Part shown: piece after piece, positions 44,383 through 64,000 of the stretch | Position numbering within the stretch: position 1 is the stretch's first letter | How the letters are laid out: each line of letters opens with the position of its first letter | NCBI RefSeq assembly: GCF_009914755.1 | Contig: NC_060935.1 | DNA from: the human T2T-CHM13v2.0 reference genome, Homo sapiens | Reading direction: 5' to 3' (one strand) | DNA length: 64,000 nucleotides | Translations under genes and position numbers: made by a program | The notes under the pieces: model-generated | Database searches by the model: none | Seen by the model: only the letters and a program-made list of their open reading frames with translations | Told to the model about the DNA's origin: nothing

Positions 44383-44846
44383 TAAGAATTAAGTGTTGTT
44401 ACCAAATATGAAGGGGACAGAATAATGCCTACTGTCTGATCAAGGCTCACAAAGCCCAATCTTAGAATTAGATTTTATATATAGAGAGCGAAGTGAATAA
44501 CAGTCACAGTTAGGGAGACAGTTCAGGTAAAATTCAATATAACTCATTTGATTTTATTCAAACAGCATATATTGTAGAACCTTCTCAGTGCTGGCAACTA
44601 ATAATGGCCCCTGGCCTAGAGGAACTCAAGAGTTTTGCAACTGAGATAGATGGATGAGTAAGCAAATTTCCATCAGGGTTATAAGGGATCTGACATAAAC
44701 AAGAGAAAATTCTATGGGAGCAGAGTGGAGGAGGTGCTCACACTCACTGAAGGAGTTAGAAGAGGCCTTGTTGAGAAAGCAACTTCTAGGGCTCCACTGT
44801 CTGGGTCTTAAAAGATGAACAAATAGGAGCTCGCCAGGTGGAATGA

Positions 44847-45209
<363 letters not shown>

Positions 45210-47028
45210 TGAAAGAGCTTGGTTAGAGGAATGGGGCCATGGAGTAATGGATATAAGGAACTTGACAAAGGATGACCAGTCTCAAAGGATGACCTTGCTT
45301 GACTGCAGAGAAGCTGGACTTTGCTCTGGAGGCAACAAGGAGATTTTAAAGCAAATAACCAAGATGATTAATTTATTTTCAAGAAAAATAACTGGGTGGA
45401 GGATGGGTGCAAAGGGGAAAGACAGGAGGCCAGAGAGTGGAAGCCTAAGGAGATAAGAAGCTCATCTAGGTTACATAATCGGGAAGTTGAAGTGGGATGG
45501 ATCAGGAAGAGAAGCTAGACCTCTTGGCTCCTAGTTTGAGCCTTTTCATTAGATTGGTCCCCATTCCACAACTTTGAAACCTGCTTACTAAGCAAACCCT
45601 GATCTAAAATTACAGTGCTTCTGTGAACAGGAACATAAAGCAACAAAATTGCAAGTAGGTTTGAATTGGACTAAAGCACCTGTTTTTTTAATCCATGGTT
45701 TGCCACAGCTTTAAAATATATTTAGCATTTTTCTTGGTACTCACCCTCTAAGGTCTGTCTTACAAGGCGAATGCAAACTCTTACTGATTTGGGTCAGTCA
45801 TCCATCCGTCCATTCAATCCATCTGTCTATCTATATGTCAGTCCACCTACAGACATGTATTGGCAGCTACTATGTACTTAGTCTTTGGTTAAGTCCTGGG
45901 AATATTGAGATGAAAGGCAGTTTCTGCCCTCAGAGAGCTCACAGCCTAGTGGGGAGGGAGACAGAAAACTAAATAGACAGGGACAATCCAATGCAATGAG
46001 TGCTGATCCACGGAGAAGGATGTGCTTATTGCTATGGGAGCTCAGAGCAGGGATACCCAACAGTCTGAGCCATCAGGAAAGGAGGGGACACTTGTGCCAA
46101 GCTTTGAAGGGCAAAGAAGAGGGCACAGATGTATTCTAAGTAAGAGGAAGAGCATATGCTCTTTGGGGGTACAGTGCAGTGGTGGGAGTGATTATAATTT
46201 GGGAACCCAGCAATCTTCCTAGTCCTGAAGCCAAACACATGCTTTGCCTGTTTTAATTACACAAACCACATTAATTCAGATCTTAATTTATGGCTTCCCT
46301 CTGGTATACAAGGCTGCAAGCCAGTGCCCACTTTCTCCAAATCACCAAATAGGTAACATTTGTTTGGCATTTTCTGACCATCTTCTTTTAGTGCCTGTCT
46401 CAGGACACCACCCATTTTTGGCTCCAGTGCCTTAAGTTGGTCCTCCAGCAACCGAGAGCCCACTTTAGCCCCAGATGGGCAGTGGCCCAGGTTTCCAGTC
46501 TTTGTCTGTTCTCGCTCACTTTCCTATCAAGTCTTAGCTTGTGGGTCAAATTCTGCCCAGCTTACTCTGTGAAACTGGAAGGCTATTGTTCATTCTACTT
46601 TCTTAATTACCACTAGCCAACTTAAAACATTCACCCTGTCAGAGATATCCACACTCAACATTGTCTTTGCTCATGTACTTGTCCCCTGTGAGGACCATGT
46701 TTCCACTATGCACACTTTCTCCTTGTGATTTTCTATGAGACCCCTTCTCTGGGTCACCTCCTATACTGGCAGCCCCATAGGTACAGCTCTATCATGATAA
46801 TCATCAAACACAGAATTTTAGCTATCTGCCTATTTCAATCTTCCCCCCAGACAAAAAGTTCTGTGTCCTATTCGTTTTTCTCTTCCTAGTTCCTGCACAT
46901 AGTGGCACTACTAAACATTTGAAGAATGAAGGAATTAGTAAAGGAATGGACAAAAGTCTGTGGAATAAACTCCTGCCAATGGAACACTACTCTAGAAGTA
47001 GGAACACCAAACACAAGAAGCAGGTTGG

Positions 47029-48125
47029 ACCTAGGTGATACCATTCAGGACATAGGCACGGGCAAATATTTCATGACAAAGATGCGAAGAGCAATTGCAA
47101 CAAAAGCAAAAATTGACAAATGGGATCTAATTAAACTAAAGAGCTTCTGCACAGCAAAAGAAGCTATCAACAGAGTAAACAGACCACTTATAGAAGGGGA
47201 GAAAAGTATTGCAAACTATGCATTTGACAAAGGTCTAATAACAGCATCTATAAGTAACAAATTTACAAGAAGAGAAAAACCCCGTTAAAAAAGTGGGCAA
47301 AGGACAGACACTTTTCAAAAGAAGACATACATGCGGCCAACAATGATATGAATAAAAGCTCAACATCACTGATCATTAGAGAAATGCAAATCAAACCACA
47401 ATGAGATACCATCTCACACCAGTCAGAATGGCTGTTACTAAAAAGTAAAAAAATAAGATGTTGGCAGGGTTGTGGAGAAAAAGGAACACTTATACACTGT
47501 TAGTGGGAGTGTAAATTAGTTCAACCATTGTGGAAGACAGTGTGGCAATTCCTCCAAGTCCTAAAGGCAGAAATACCATTTGATCCAGCAATTCCATTAC
47601 TGGCTATATACCCAAAGGAATATAAATTGTCCTATTATAAAGACGCATGCACACATATGTTAATTACAACACTATTCACAATAGCAAAGATGTGGAATCA
47701 ACCTACATGCTCATCAATGATAGATTGGATAAAAAAATGTGGTACATACACACCATGGAATACTATGCAGCCATGAAAAAGAGTGAGATCATGTCCTTTG
47801 CAGTGACATGGATGGAGCTGGAGGCCATTGTCCTTAGCAAACTAATGCAGGAACAGAAAGCCAAATATGGCATGTTCTCATTTATAAGTGGGAGCTAAAT
47901 GATGAGAACACATGGACACATAGAGGAAACAACACACCCTGGGGCCTACTAGAAGGTGGAGGGTGGGAGGAGGGAAAGGATAAGGAAAAATAACTAATGG
48001 AACTAATGGGTACTAGGTTTAATACCTGGGTGATGAAATAATCTGTACAACAAACCCCCATTACACAAGTTTACCTGTGTAACAAACCTGCATGTGTACC
48101 CCTGAACTTAAAAGTTCTTTTTCAA
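47029..48125 (+). mobile_element. 5'-truncated L1PA (older primate subfamily): ORF2 C-terminal remnant plus 3'UTR
   Basis: Translation [13 protein letters not shown]...[24 protein letters not shown] is L1 ORF2p; disrupted frames; TSD-like aagaagcaggttgga / aggaagaaggttgga. Confidence 0.95.
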
Positions 48126-48564
48126 AAAGGAAGAAGGTTGGAGAATCAACTTTTGAGACTTCTGGCACCCCTCTATGCCATAGGCTTGTACCTACTTGTG
48201 TCTTAGGTTAGTTATAAAAAAAGACATGCTGCTTTGAGAGCAGGGGGAAGATAGCATCTTATACCTTAATTTATTTAAGCTCTGTTTGGCCTAATTTCTC
48301 CAGGCCCATTTCTGTGGACCTGTGCTACTTTGTGTGGCTCTTATTCATGAACTACGTACTATTAATGACACACCAGGAGCTGATATTCTACTTGACCTGA
48401 ATTGTGCTTTAACATTAATGCTGTGAAATTCACTGAAGAGAAGAATTAAACTGAAGTTAATACTCAGTTAAAAAAAAAAAAAAGACTAGTCCCTGATTTA
48501 TTATTAGAAAAATCCTGGCCTTTGTTCTAATTTTATTTTATTTTTATGTTAAGATCCCAAAATA

Positions 48565-48685
48565 AGCTGGGCATAGTAGCAAATGCCTGTAATCCCAGCT
48601 ACTTGAGAAGCTGAGGCAGGAGAATTGCTTGAGTTTAGGAGTTTGAGACAAACCTGGGCAAACTAGTGAGACCCCCATCTCCAAA

Positions 48686-48741
<56 letters not shown>

Positions 48742-48845
48742 ATGTATGTGTGTATATATATATGCATATGTGTATGTGTATATATGTGTATATATATGTG
48801 TATGTGTATATATGTGTATATATATGTGTGTGTATATATATATAC
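48565..48845 (+). mobile_element. Alu monomer (FLAM/FAM-like) with tail converted to (TG)n/(TA)n
   Basis: Monomer 48565-48685 followed by microsatellite. Confidence 0.88.
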
Positions 48846-49606
48846 AAAAAAGTCTGAGTAGCCACACAAAGCATATGTTGAGAGTCCTCAGTTGAAGCCA
48901 AATATAGGAAAAGCCAAACAGTGTATAGAAAACAAACAAATGAATCACAGTGTTGGGTAAACTGCTATTTGGCATAAATCCATGAACACAGGCCAAAAAA
49001 GTGTCTCTGCAAAGATGTAAGACATAGCTGTAGAAAATATCTCAGAAATAGATCTGAATTTGACCTGAAAACTTGACTCTGATGGAACTTTGGACAAATA
49101 CATAATATTTTCCACTAATACATGTTTGTCCACCAATTTGTTCATGGATCACGGGTGAGGCTGCTCTCTGCGGTGTGAACTGCTCCATGGTGGCTTTGGT
49201 TGTTGTGCATGGCCAGCCAGAGCCAGACTAACCCACAGTCATGGGAAGCAAAGATAATACAATTTGGCAGCTTGGAGCAGTGGAATGGGCCCTGGACTGG
49301 GAGTCGGGAGCCCTGGGCCAGAGTCCAGGCTCTACTGTTAAATAACCGTACAGCACATGTAACATTCTTTAAAAATGTCTGTCCTTACCACATGCATTAA
49401 CATGCAACTAACTATAGACTGTTTAATCTAATGTCCAATTTGACATTTAATTACAATAAGTCTGTTTAATTCATGGAATCACTAATTTCATGTAAAGGCA
49501 CCTTGTGGATATGAAAAGGGGGAAAGCATTTGGCCTTAAGTTTTCTGAAATCTGTCAAATAATTAATTTTGTGTGTTGACTATATTCTAGGCAAAAAGGA
49601 GCTTCA

Positions 49607-49929
<323 letters not shown>

Positions 49930-49988
49930 GCAAAGAACAAGCTCATGTCCTCCTACCCTCAAACTGTACATTCTAAGAGGGAACATAA

Positions 49989-50330
<342 letters not shown>

Positions 50331-50399
50331 TGAGGTAGAAGGAGAAGAGTAATAATGAGAGCTAGCATTTATTAAATAGTCACTATAGGCAAGGCACTA

Positions 50400-50713
<314 letters not shown>

Positions 50714-51902
50714 TAAATACTTTATATTTACGGCCTCGTTTAAACCTAACAGAAACCTTAAGAGGTAGGAACTACCATCAACTCCATTTTTACAGGTGAG
50801 GAACCTGAGGCATGGAGAGTTTTTGTTTGTTTGTTTTAACTTCCCCAATATTGCCTAGCTAAAGAGCCCTGGAGATTTGAACTCAGGTGGAGGTGGTATG
50901 ACTGAAGGTCCTACGTGCCTAACCTCTGTGCCACTTGGTCTACCAGGGACCACCTGAGAGGTACATACAAAAAGTATCCTGGGAGCTCCACTGAGGGAGA
51001 CATTCACCCAAAGAGAAAGATTACCTCTACTTTGCACACTAAGCTTTGATGAATGGGAGGATTTGGACATACAAATGTTGGTTGTGAGGTCAGAGAAAGA
51101 ATTCAGACAAAGGGAAAGAAGTGCTTCCAGGTGGAGAGCAGCATTAGTAAAACATGAATGCAGTAAACACACAGGATCTAAGGAAATAGCCAAGATCAGT
51201 CTGGATATAACAGAATGAGTGAAAGCAAAATCATGGGAAAGAGGGTTGGGAGAATAAGCTGAAGCCGAACATGAAAGGTGGGCTCAGGCCGGGCTCAGTG
51301 GCTCACACCTGTAATCCCAGCACTTTGGGAGCCCAAGGCGGGCAGATCACAAGGTCAGGAGTTGAAGACCAGCCCTGCTTATTTTGCAGAGAGACCAAAT
51401 GAAATTAAAATGGTCAAATAGACTTACTCAAAGTCACCTAGCAAATAAAATCAAAGTCACCTAGAAAAATCACTCTTGAACATGGAATTTTTGAAAAGTA
51501 AAACAAAAGCTTTTGTTGCACATTTATAAAATCTGCACGTACAGTAGATGTATCAAATGTTCTTCTCTCCCAACATTCATTCATGAGTCTTTGACACTTG
51601 GTTAAAACACAATATCCAAACAGGAGGCTTTTACAGTGTTGAACACAAAATCTTTTATACTTAGAAAAGTGATTATTTATATGCCATGCTACAAAATAAT
51701 TCAGTAGAGATATTAACATTAACAATAGCTGACCCTGATTGCGCACTTGCTCTGTGGCAAGCATGGTTCTGAGCACTTAAAATGCATTTTCTCATATCAT
51801 TAAGAAAACAATCCTTACATAGGTACTACTTTTATTAACTTTTTATGGTAGAGGAATCTTAAAAGACAATTAGTAACTTACTTAAGGTTATACAGCTTGT
51901 GA

Positions 51903-52574
<672 letters not shown>

Positions 52575-53040
52575 GAATTTTATGTTATTAACTATTACAC
52601 TACATGACCTCCATAGCGAGTAGAGGATGCCACTTACCTTCTTACCAGAAAACTTTAATTAGCCAGAGAAGCTGTAGAAACTAAGAAGTTTAATCTTTAA
52701 TAATTTCTGCCCTTAATTGAAAGTCTCTAGGTAAACAACTTTTAATAAGACTCCTTAACTCCCTGTCTTGACCAAGCATCTTTGCTGGGAAACAGATGCC
52801 CTTGGTTTGTTGCACAGTCAGGATTTCAGTGAGGGTTTGCAGTCTGTAGCCTGCCCAGTGGCCATCAAATAGCTGCCCTGCCATGAGTGAAGACTGCCTG
52901 GTGAGCCTGGGACCCTAGGCAGGAATCTGGAGTCTTGAAAAGCTATGCTTGGACTGGCCTGGGGCCCAGCCTCCTGCTCTACTCGGCCCTTCCACTGACC
53001 ACCAAGTCCCATTAACCGCATTTAAGAAATGGTGTTTGGC

Positions 53041-53436
53041 AGGTTCTCATTTATATGTAGAAACGTAAAACGTTGATCTCATGGAAGTAGAGAGTGGAAT
53101 AATGGTTACTAGAGGTGGGGAAGGGTAGAGCAGAGGGGGAATAGCCAAAGGTTGGTTAACAAATACAACAGTGCAGCTAAAAAGGAGGAAGTTCTAGTGT
53201 TCTACAGCACTGTAGCATGACTATAATTAACAACAATGATTGTGTATTTTCAAATAGTCAGAAGAGTGAATTTTGAATGTTCCCAACATGAAGAAATGAG
53301 AAACGTCTGAGGTGATGGCTATGCTAACTACCCTGACCCGATCATTACACATGGTATACTTGTATCAAAATATCACCCTGTACTTCATAAATATGTACAA
53401 TTATTATATGTCAATTCAGAATAATAAAAGAAAAAG
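53041..53436 (+). mobile_element. L1MA-like 3' end; duplicated at +4252
   Basis: gatctcatggaagtagagagtgg...gaatgttccca...; TSD aagaaatggtgtttggc / aagaaatggcctttggc. Confidence 0.85.
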
Positions 53437-54382
53437 AAGAAATGGCCTTTGGCTCTGCTTGCTCTCTGTCCTTACTGCCACTGCCCTTCTTTAGATCTCC
53501 ATCAATCATTTCTTGCCAGGACTACTCTAAAAGCCCCCTAAGTCCTTGGGCATCTAATTTGACACCTTCCAATCCTCTCCTCTGCTGCTAGCATGCTCTC
53601 TTTAAAGCTGATCATGTTAATCCTCTTCTCTGAAATCTTTGACGGACTGTTGCCTACAAAATAAAAACCACACGCCTAAGCATATCCTCTTATACCCTTA
53701 ACAATTTGGCCATTACTTACCTTCTAGGACTCAATAAATATTTGATGAAAAAGTGAATGCTCTCCTGCTAGAAATCCTGTTAACAACATTCCCCACACTT
53801 CTTATTTAAGAGTCAAGTTTAGTGAGTGTCCCCAATGCATTGAATTTTAACAATCACTATTTTATCATAGGATAATAGAAACAGTTGGAACATAGAGTTG
53901 AGTCCTGCATTTGAATGCATTTATGGCTTTTTCTCTTTATATAAATCTGGGCAAGTTAATTCCTGCTTGTGGGCCTCAGTTTCTCCATTTGTGTAAAAGA
54001 GGGTAAACAAAAGATCTCTAAGGCCCTGCAACCCATGTCTGTACTAGTCCCTGACACTAGCATCTCTTTGAAAGAAGGAACCAGGAAGGTTAGTCCCTAG
54101 CCTGCCAGAGATGTGTGCCCACAGCTAATTCCTATACTCAGTAGCTTGAAGGCATCCTTACTTTATCACCTTTAACCCTTCAGCACTGTGTCTTGTAATC
54201 TCCTAACTGGGCCCTCACTGAGTCACAGTACTGGGGTTTTAATCTTCTATATAACAGCATCTGAAGCTGAGACAATGGAGCTCTCAGAGCCTTTAGCTAT
54301 GATCTTATCTTCTGATCAAGATTTTCTTGGCTTGTGATTGCTCAGCCATGATGGGGTGGAGAAAAGCCCCTACGCTAGGAAG

Positions 54383-54395
54383 TGCTGACTCAGCA
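54383..54395. promoter_or_regulatory. Perfect palindromic T-MARE (Maf / CNC-sMaf / Bach site), copy 1
   Basis: TGCTGACTCAGCA exact; AP-1 TGAGTCA at 54219-54225 nearby; binding not shown. Confidence 0.55.
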
Positions 54396-54671
54396 TGCTG
54401 CAGGTCTGGAATTGGAGCAGAAACTTGTGTGGACCAGCAGGGACCTTGCAGGCTTAAGGAAGAAAGAGAGGAAAGGGCCAGGCAAACCTAAGAGAAACAA
54501 TCCTGAAGGCAGAGATTTCAAGACATGCAAAACAGCAGGGTTTCTGTAAAGGAGAACTTCTTTACTGAGAACCTCCCGTATAGTAGACACTTTAACCTGG
54601 GCTACAAATCTGCAAGGCAGGTATTATTATTATCCCATTTCACACATGGGGAATCAAAAGTTCAGAGATTA

Positions 54672-59293
<4,622 letters not shown>

Positions 59294-60404
59294 TTAACTT
59301 TTCCAGAACCACATGACTAGTAAGTAGCTGTGGGGTTCAAATGTAGGTCTCCAAAGGTCTGTGCCCTTTCTTTCACACACACTGAGAGGCATCTGAGAGG
59401 GACTTAGGAAGTCTTGAGAGTAAAACTAGATGGTCAGTGAATGCCCATTGGATGGCAATTTCAAGCAAATGGACAAAATAGTAATGGGATAATATTGAAT
59501 CCTAAATCACCAGCAGTAACTGTGAGAAAGGTAGAATTACAAACTCCCTGCTAAATAGCTTTAGGTCATAAATGAATGTTATCCTTTGGAGGGCACAAAA
59601 TGAAGTGGTTAATTCCTTGAACACCAATGTGACTAATAAGCAAGCCATGGCATCCGTCATCTCGTCCGCACAGCTGTCTGGGTAGGCTAATCTCTGGCTC
59701 AAGGCCCTGGCTCCTGTCTGCCCAGTGGCATGCTGCACTCTGATCTCCTGGCTCCACAGTGAGCTTGACATTTCTGCTGAGTCTGACTCACTTGCTCCCA
59801 GCCTCAATTGTTCTGTGCCAATGCAGACTTCTTTTACAGTTGGCCTACTTAGAAACACAGGATGTTAGTGTTGGAAGGGAGATCCTTTAGAAGTCACCTA
59901 GTACAATCCCCGCACATTACAAATGAGAAAACAGGCCCCAGATGAGGCTTGGTGATGACGTGCCTAAATTCCGGTCAGTTTAGTTATAAGGCATGATAAG
60001 ACCTCAGCCACATGGCCCATAGGGAGGAAGCTGGGAATGAGCAGGACTGGAGCTGGCAATGCTGCATCAGCTGTAGGACTCCTAGGGCTGGGGTGGAGCA
60101 CAGGGAGTGGATCCAGCTCCTTGGAAGAATGAGTTGGGTTAGGGAAGCAAAGCGTCAGGAACCCAGCCAGGCAGTGTGGAGTTCAGGGTAGCACTTTTGA
60201 AATGTGTGGCTGGGGAGAAGAATGAGGCTGAAGGTCAGTTGTGAAGACTGGACCAACATGCCCAGGAGGGTGAGGGGGTGTGAAGAAAAGTCACAACTTG
60301 AGGCTATCAGGGTGTGCAGAGTTCACCAGAGATGTGATAAGGTCCAGAGCAGTGGCAGCACACCCCACCCCCATGCTGAGTTGTGGCTGGTGCACTTCTG
60401 CCCT

Positions 60405-60701
60405 CTTTTTTTTTTTTTTGAAATGGAGTCTAGCTCTGTCGCCCAGACTGGAGAGCAGTGGCATGATCTTGGCTCACCACAACCTCTGCCTCCTTGGTTC
60501 AAGCGATTCTCCTGCCTCAGCCTCCCAGGTAGTTAGGACTATAGACGTATGCCACCACACCCGGCTAATTTTTGTATTTTCGATACGGACAGGGTTTCAC
60601 CATGTTGGCCAGGCTGGTCTCGAACTCCTGACCTCAAGTGATTTGCCTGCCTTGGCCTCCCAAAGTGCTGGGATTACAAGCGTGTGTCACTGCACCCAGC
60701 C
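60405..60701 (-). mobile_element. Alu (AluS-like)
   Basis: TSD cacttct(t)gccctcttt. Confidence 0.95.
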
Positions 60702-62448
60702 ACTTCTTGCCCTCTTTAGGAAGGTTCCAGCCTGAAGCTGGAGGGAGCTGGTGATTTCATATCATAGCCAAAGAGCTGGGGAAGACAGCACTAAAGAACA
60801 CCATCTATTCTGCCTCCCAAATGTCTCTAAGGTGTCCTTTACCTCCATTTCTACTGTCACCACCCTGAGCCCTGGTTGTCACCCACCTGAATTATTGCAA
60901 CAGCAGTTTAGTTAACCACTTATCCTCTGCCTGTACTATTTCTAAAGCACTCTTCTCATTGCCACCCAAGCAGTGTTTCTATGACGTGAAGATGTCACTT
61001 GCTTTCTATAAATGTTGGATGGCTTGCACTGCCTAGCAGGCTTTCTCTCCTGGGCTTCCATGTGAGAACCAAGCCCTCCAGAAAATTATCTGAGTGACTA
61101 TTTCAGGTCTTTCCAGGATGGTACATAGTTAATACCATTCTAGGTGTACAGGGGAGAGAAATTTATTTGTATGATAGATGTCTTAAGTCATCAGGGCTTA
61201 ATTTTTCTGGTGGAATCCTGATTGGGAAGGGCTGGATAGAACAAAGCCCAGATATATGAACCTGGCACATTAGATCCTACATGACTTCAGCCCAGTGTTC
61301 CTTCTAGCCTTATCTCCTATTCTCCCCACTGTGCATTCTGTGCTCCGGTCACACCGAACTCTTGCCATTCCTTCATCTAGCTATTCTGTTCATCTGTTAA
61401 TGTTCCTCCTTCAACCTGGTCTCCTTCTTGGACTTTAAAATCTTAGACATCCATCATTCAAGACCAAGCTCAGATGTCACCTCCTCTCTGCAGTGGTGCT
61501 TTCTACAGCCTTCAAAGGCACATCAAATTGTTCCTTCCCCAATGTGCCAATAATATTTTTGTATGTGTGTACCACTTCATTATTCATAATTGGAGGTTTA
61601 CAAATCTGTGTGACTTAAAAATTTTGAGTTTCTGCACAGCAGGGAACATCTCCTCCACCCCCTGACCTGAATAGATGTTTGTTTAACTGAATGGCCTGAA
61701 GCCCACTAGATAATCAATGATAATGCTAATTCTGGAACACATGACTTAACTCTTATTCCATCATTATTTGGGTTTCTATATATGACTACAACTAGATCGA
61801 ACATGAAGTATGTCACTGTCAGATATGCAGCTGTGCATGGTGATAGTGTGGGCTGGGAGAAGACTTTCTGAATAATTACTGACACAATGAGGGAGTGAGA
61901 CCTGGCAGATCTAAGTGGGAATGGGGAATGGAGCCAGAAAGATGTTAGATAAGGTATAGGGGTAGACTTCATCAAGAGGTATGCAGAGGACCAATTTTAT
62001 AATTTCTACAGGAAATAAGAAAAGGAAAAAAGAAGAAATAATTAGTGGTGGGGTTAAGTGAAGGAAATATGTCAAGAACTAATGTCTGAAATGACTCATC
62101 AAATCTGAAATCTGATAAAGGGAACTTACATTTGCGTAGTGTAGAATATCGTCACATAGATGATCTCATTTAATTCTCAGAACAACCCTGAGGTGGAGGG
62201 TGGGGTGCGTGGAGGGCAGGTAGGGAGTGTTGCACTGTTGTTACAGTCCTCTCTTTACAGAGGAGATGACCAAAGCTCAGAGAGCAGAAATTACATGCCA
62301 AACATCCAGTGTCCCTAAGTGATGCAACTGGAACCAGAGACAAGTCAGCCTGTCTCCTGGTCCAAAGCCACATTCACCTTTTTTTTCAGAATGGGGAGGC
62401 AGCTCCTCTGATCTAAAAGCTGAAAGTCTTCATAAAATCAAATAGAAT

Positions 62449-62778
<330 letters not shown>

Positions 62779-63159
62779 AAATAGACTGACATGTAGAGGT
62801 TTTTCTGAGCACTGACTCAGAGAGATTCTCCATAAATTCAATTTTTTCTAGGCTGCTTTAAAATGAGGATAGAACACCATTTAGTCAGCTGACTTTCAGG
62901 GAGTCAGCTGATACAGAGTAATTCTCCACTTGAGCTGGGAGAAGTCTGACTTGGCTAGAGAATCTGGGGCAGGAAAGAAGAGCAGAGAGCAGTTTATTTT
63001 TTACCTCCCTGTGGCTCTAGGGGGTACACAGGACAACCAAAGATGATGCTGCACTTTTTGGTCAACTCTAGACAGAGAGAGAGAAAGTCTCAGGGTGATG
63101 GAGTGAAAGAGTTAGGAAGACAAGAGTTCTCTCAGCTGGCCCTCTGTTTCTCAGATCTA

Positions 63160-63598
<439 letters not shown>

Positions 63599-63765
63599 TT
63601 AGGGCAACATAGGCTGGTGTGGTTGAAAGAGACTAAAGACACTGTCTAATTCAAATGCTTCATTTTAGCAGTGAGAAAATGAAGGCCCAGAGAAAGGAAG
63701 TGTCTCACTAGATCACACAACTAGTCCATGGCAAAACCAGATAAAGAAAATAGTTCTACTTTTCA

Positions 63766-64000
<235 letters not shown>

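Noticed and set aside
46926-47898. ORFs resembling a reverse-transcriptase-family protein C-terminus
   Set aside because: Frameshifted remnants of L1 ORF2 in a 5'-truncated element.

Overview
Human/primate genomic DNA with no CpG island and no recognisable protein-coding exon; it reads as intronic or intergenic. I cannot name the locus. It is dominated by interspersed repeats: about 40 Alu copies or fragments, many MIR/L2 relics, L1 3' ends, MLT1/MLT2/THE1 solo LTRs and DNA-transposon relics. It also holds a retroposed U6 snRNA pseudogene with a 15-bp TSD. The ORF-track entries derive from Alus, microsatellites or L1, or look like chance ORFs. The outstanding structure is an apparently exact 4,252-bp tandem duplication (50639-54890 / 54891-59142). 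It is joined through a chimeric Alu with discordant target-site duplications and a 12-bp crossover window, consistent with a very recent Alu-Alu-mediated duplication. The duplicated unit carries a perfect palindromic MARE (TGCTGACTCAGCA) and an AP-1 site, so a candidate enhancer is doubled. There are also three older dispersed 100-122-bp local copies (templated-insertion-like) and many small tandem or snap-back scars. Repeat family names come from recalled consensus motifs and boundaries of old repeats are approximate.
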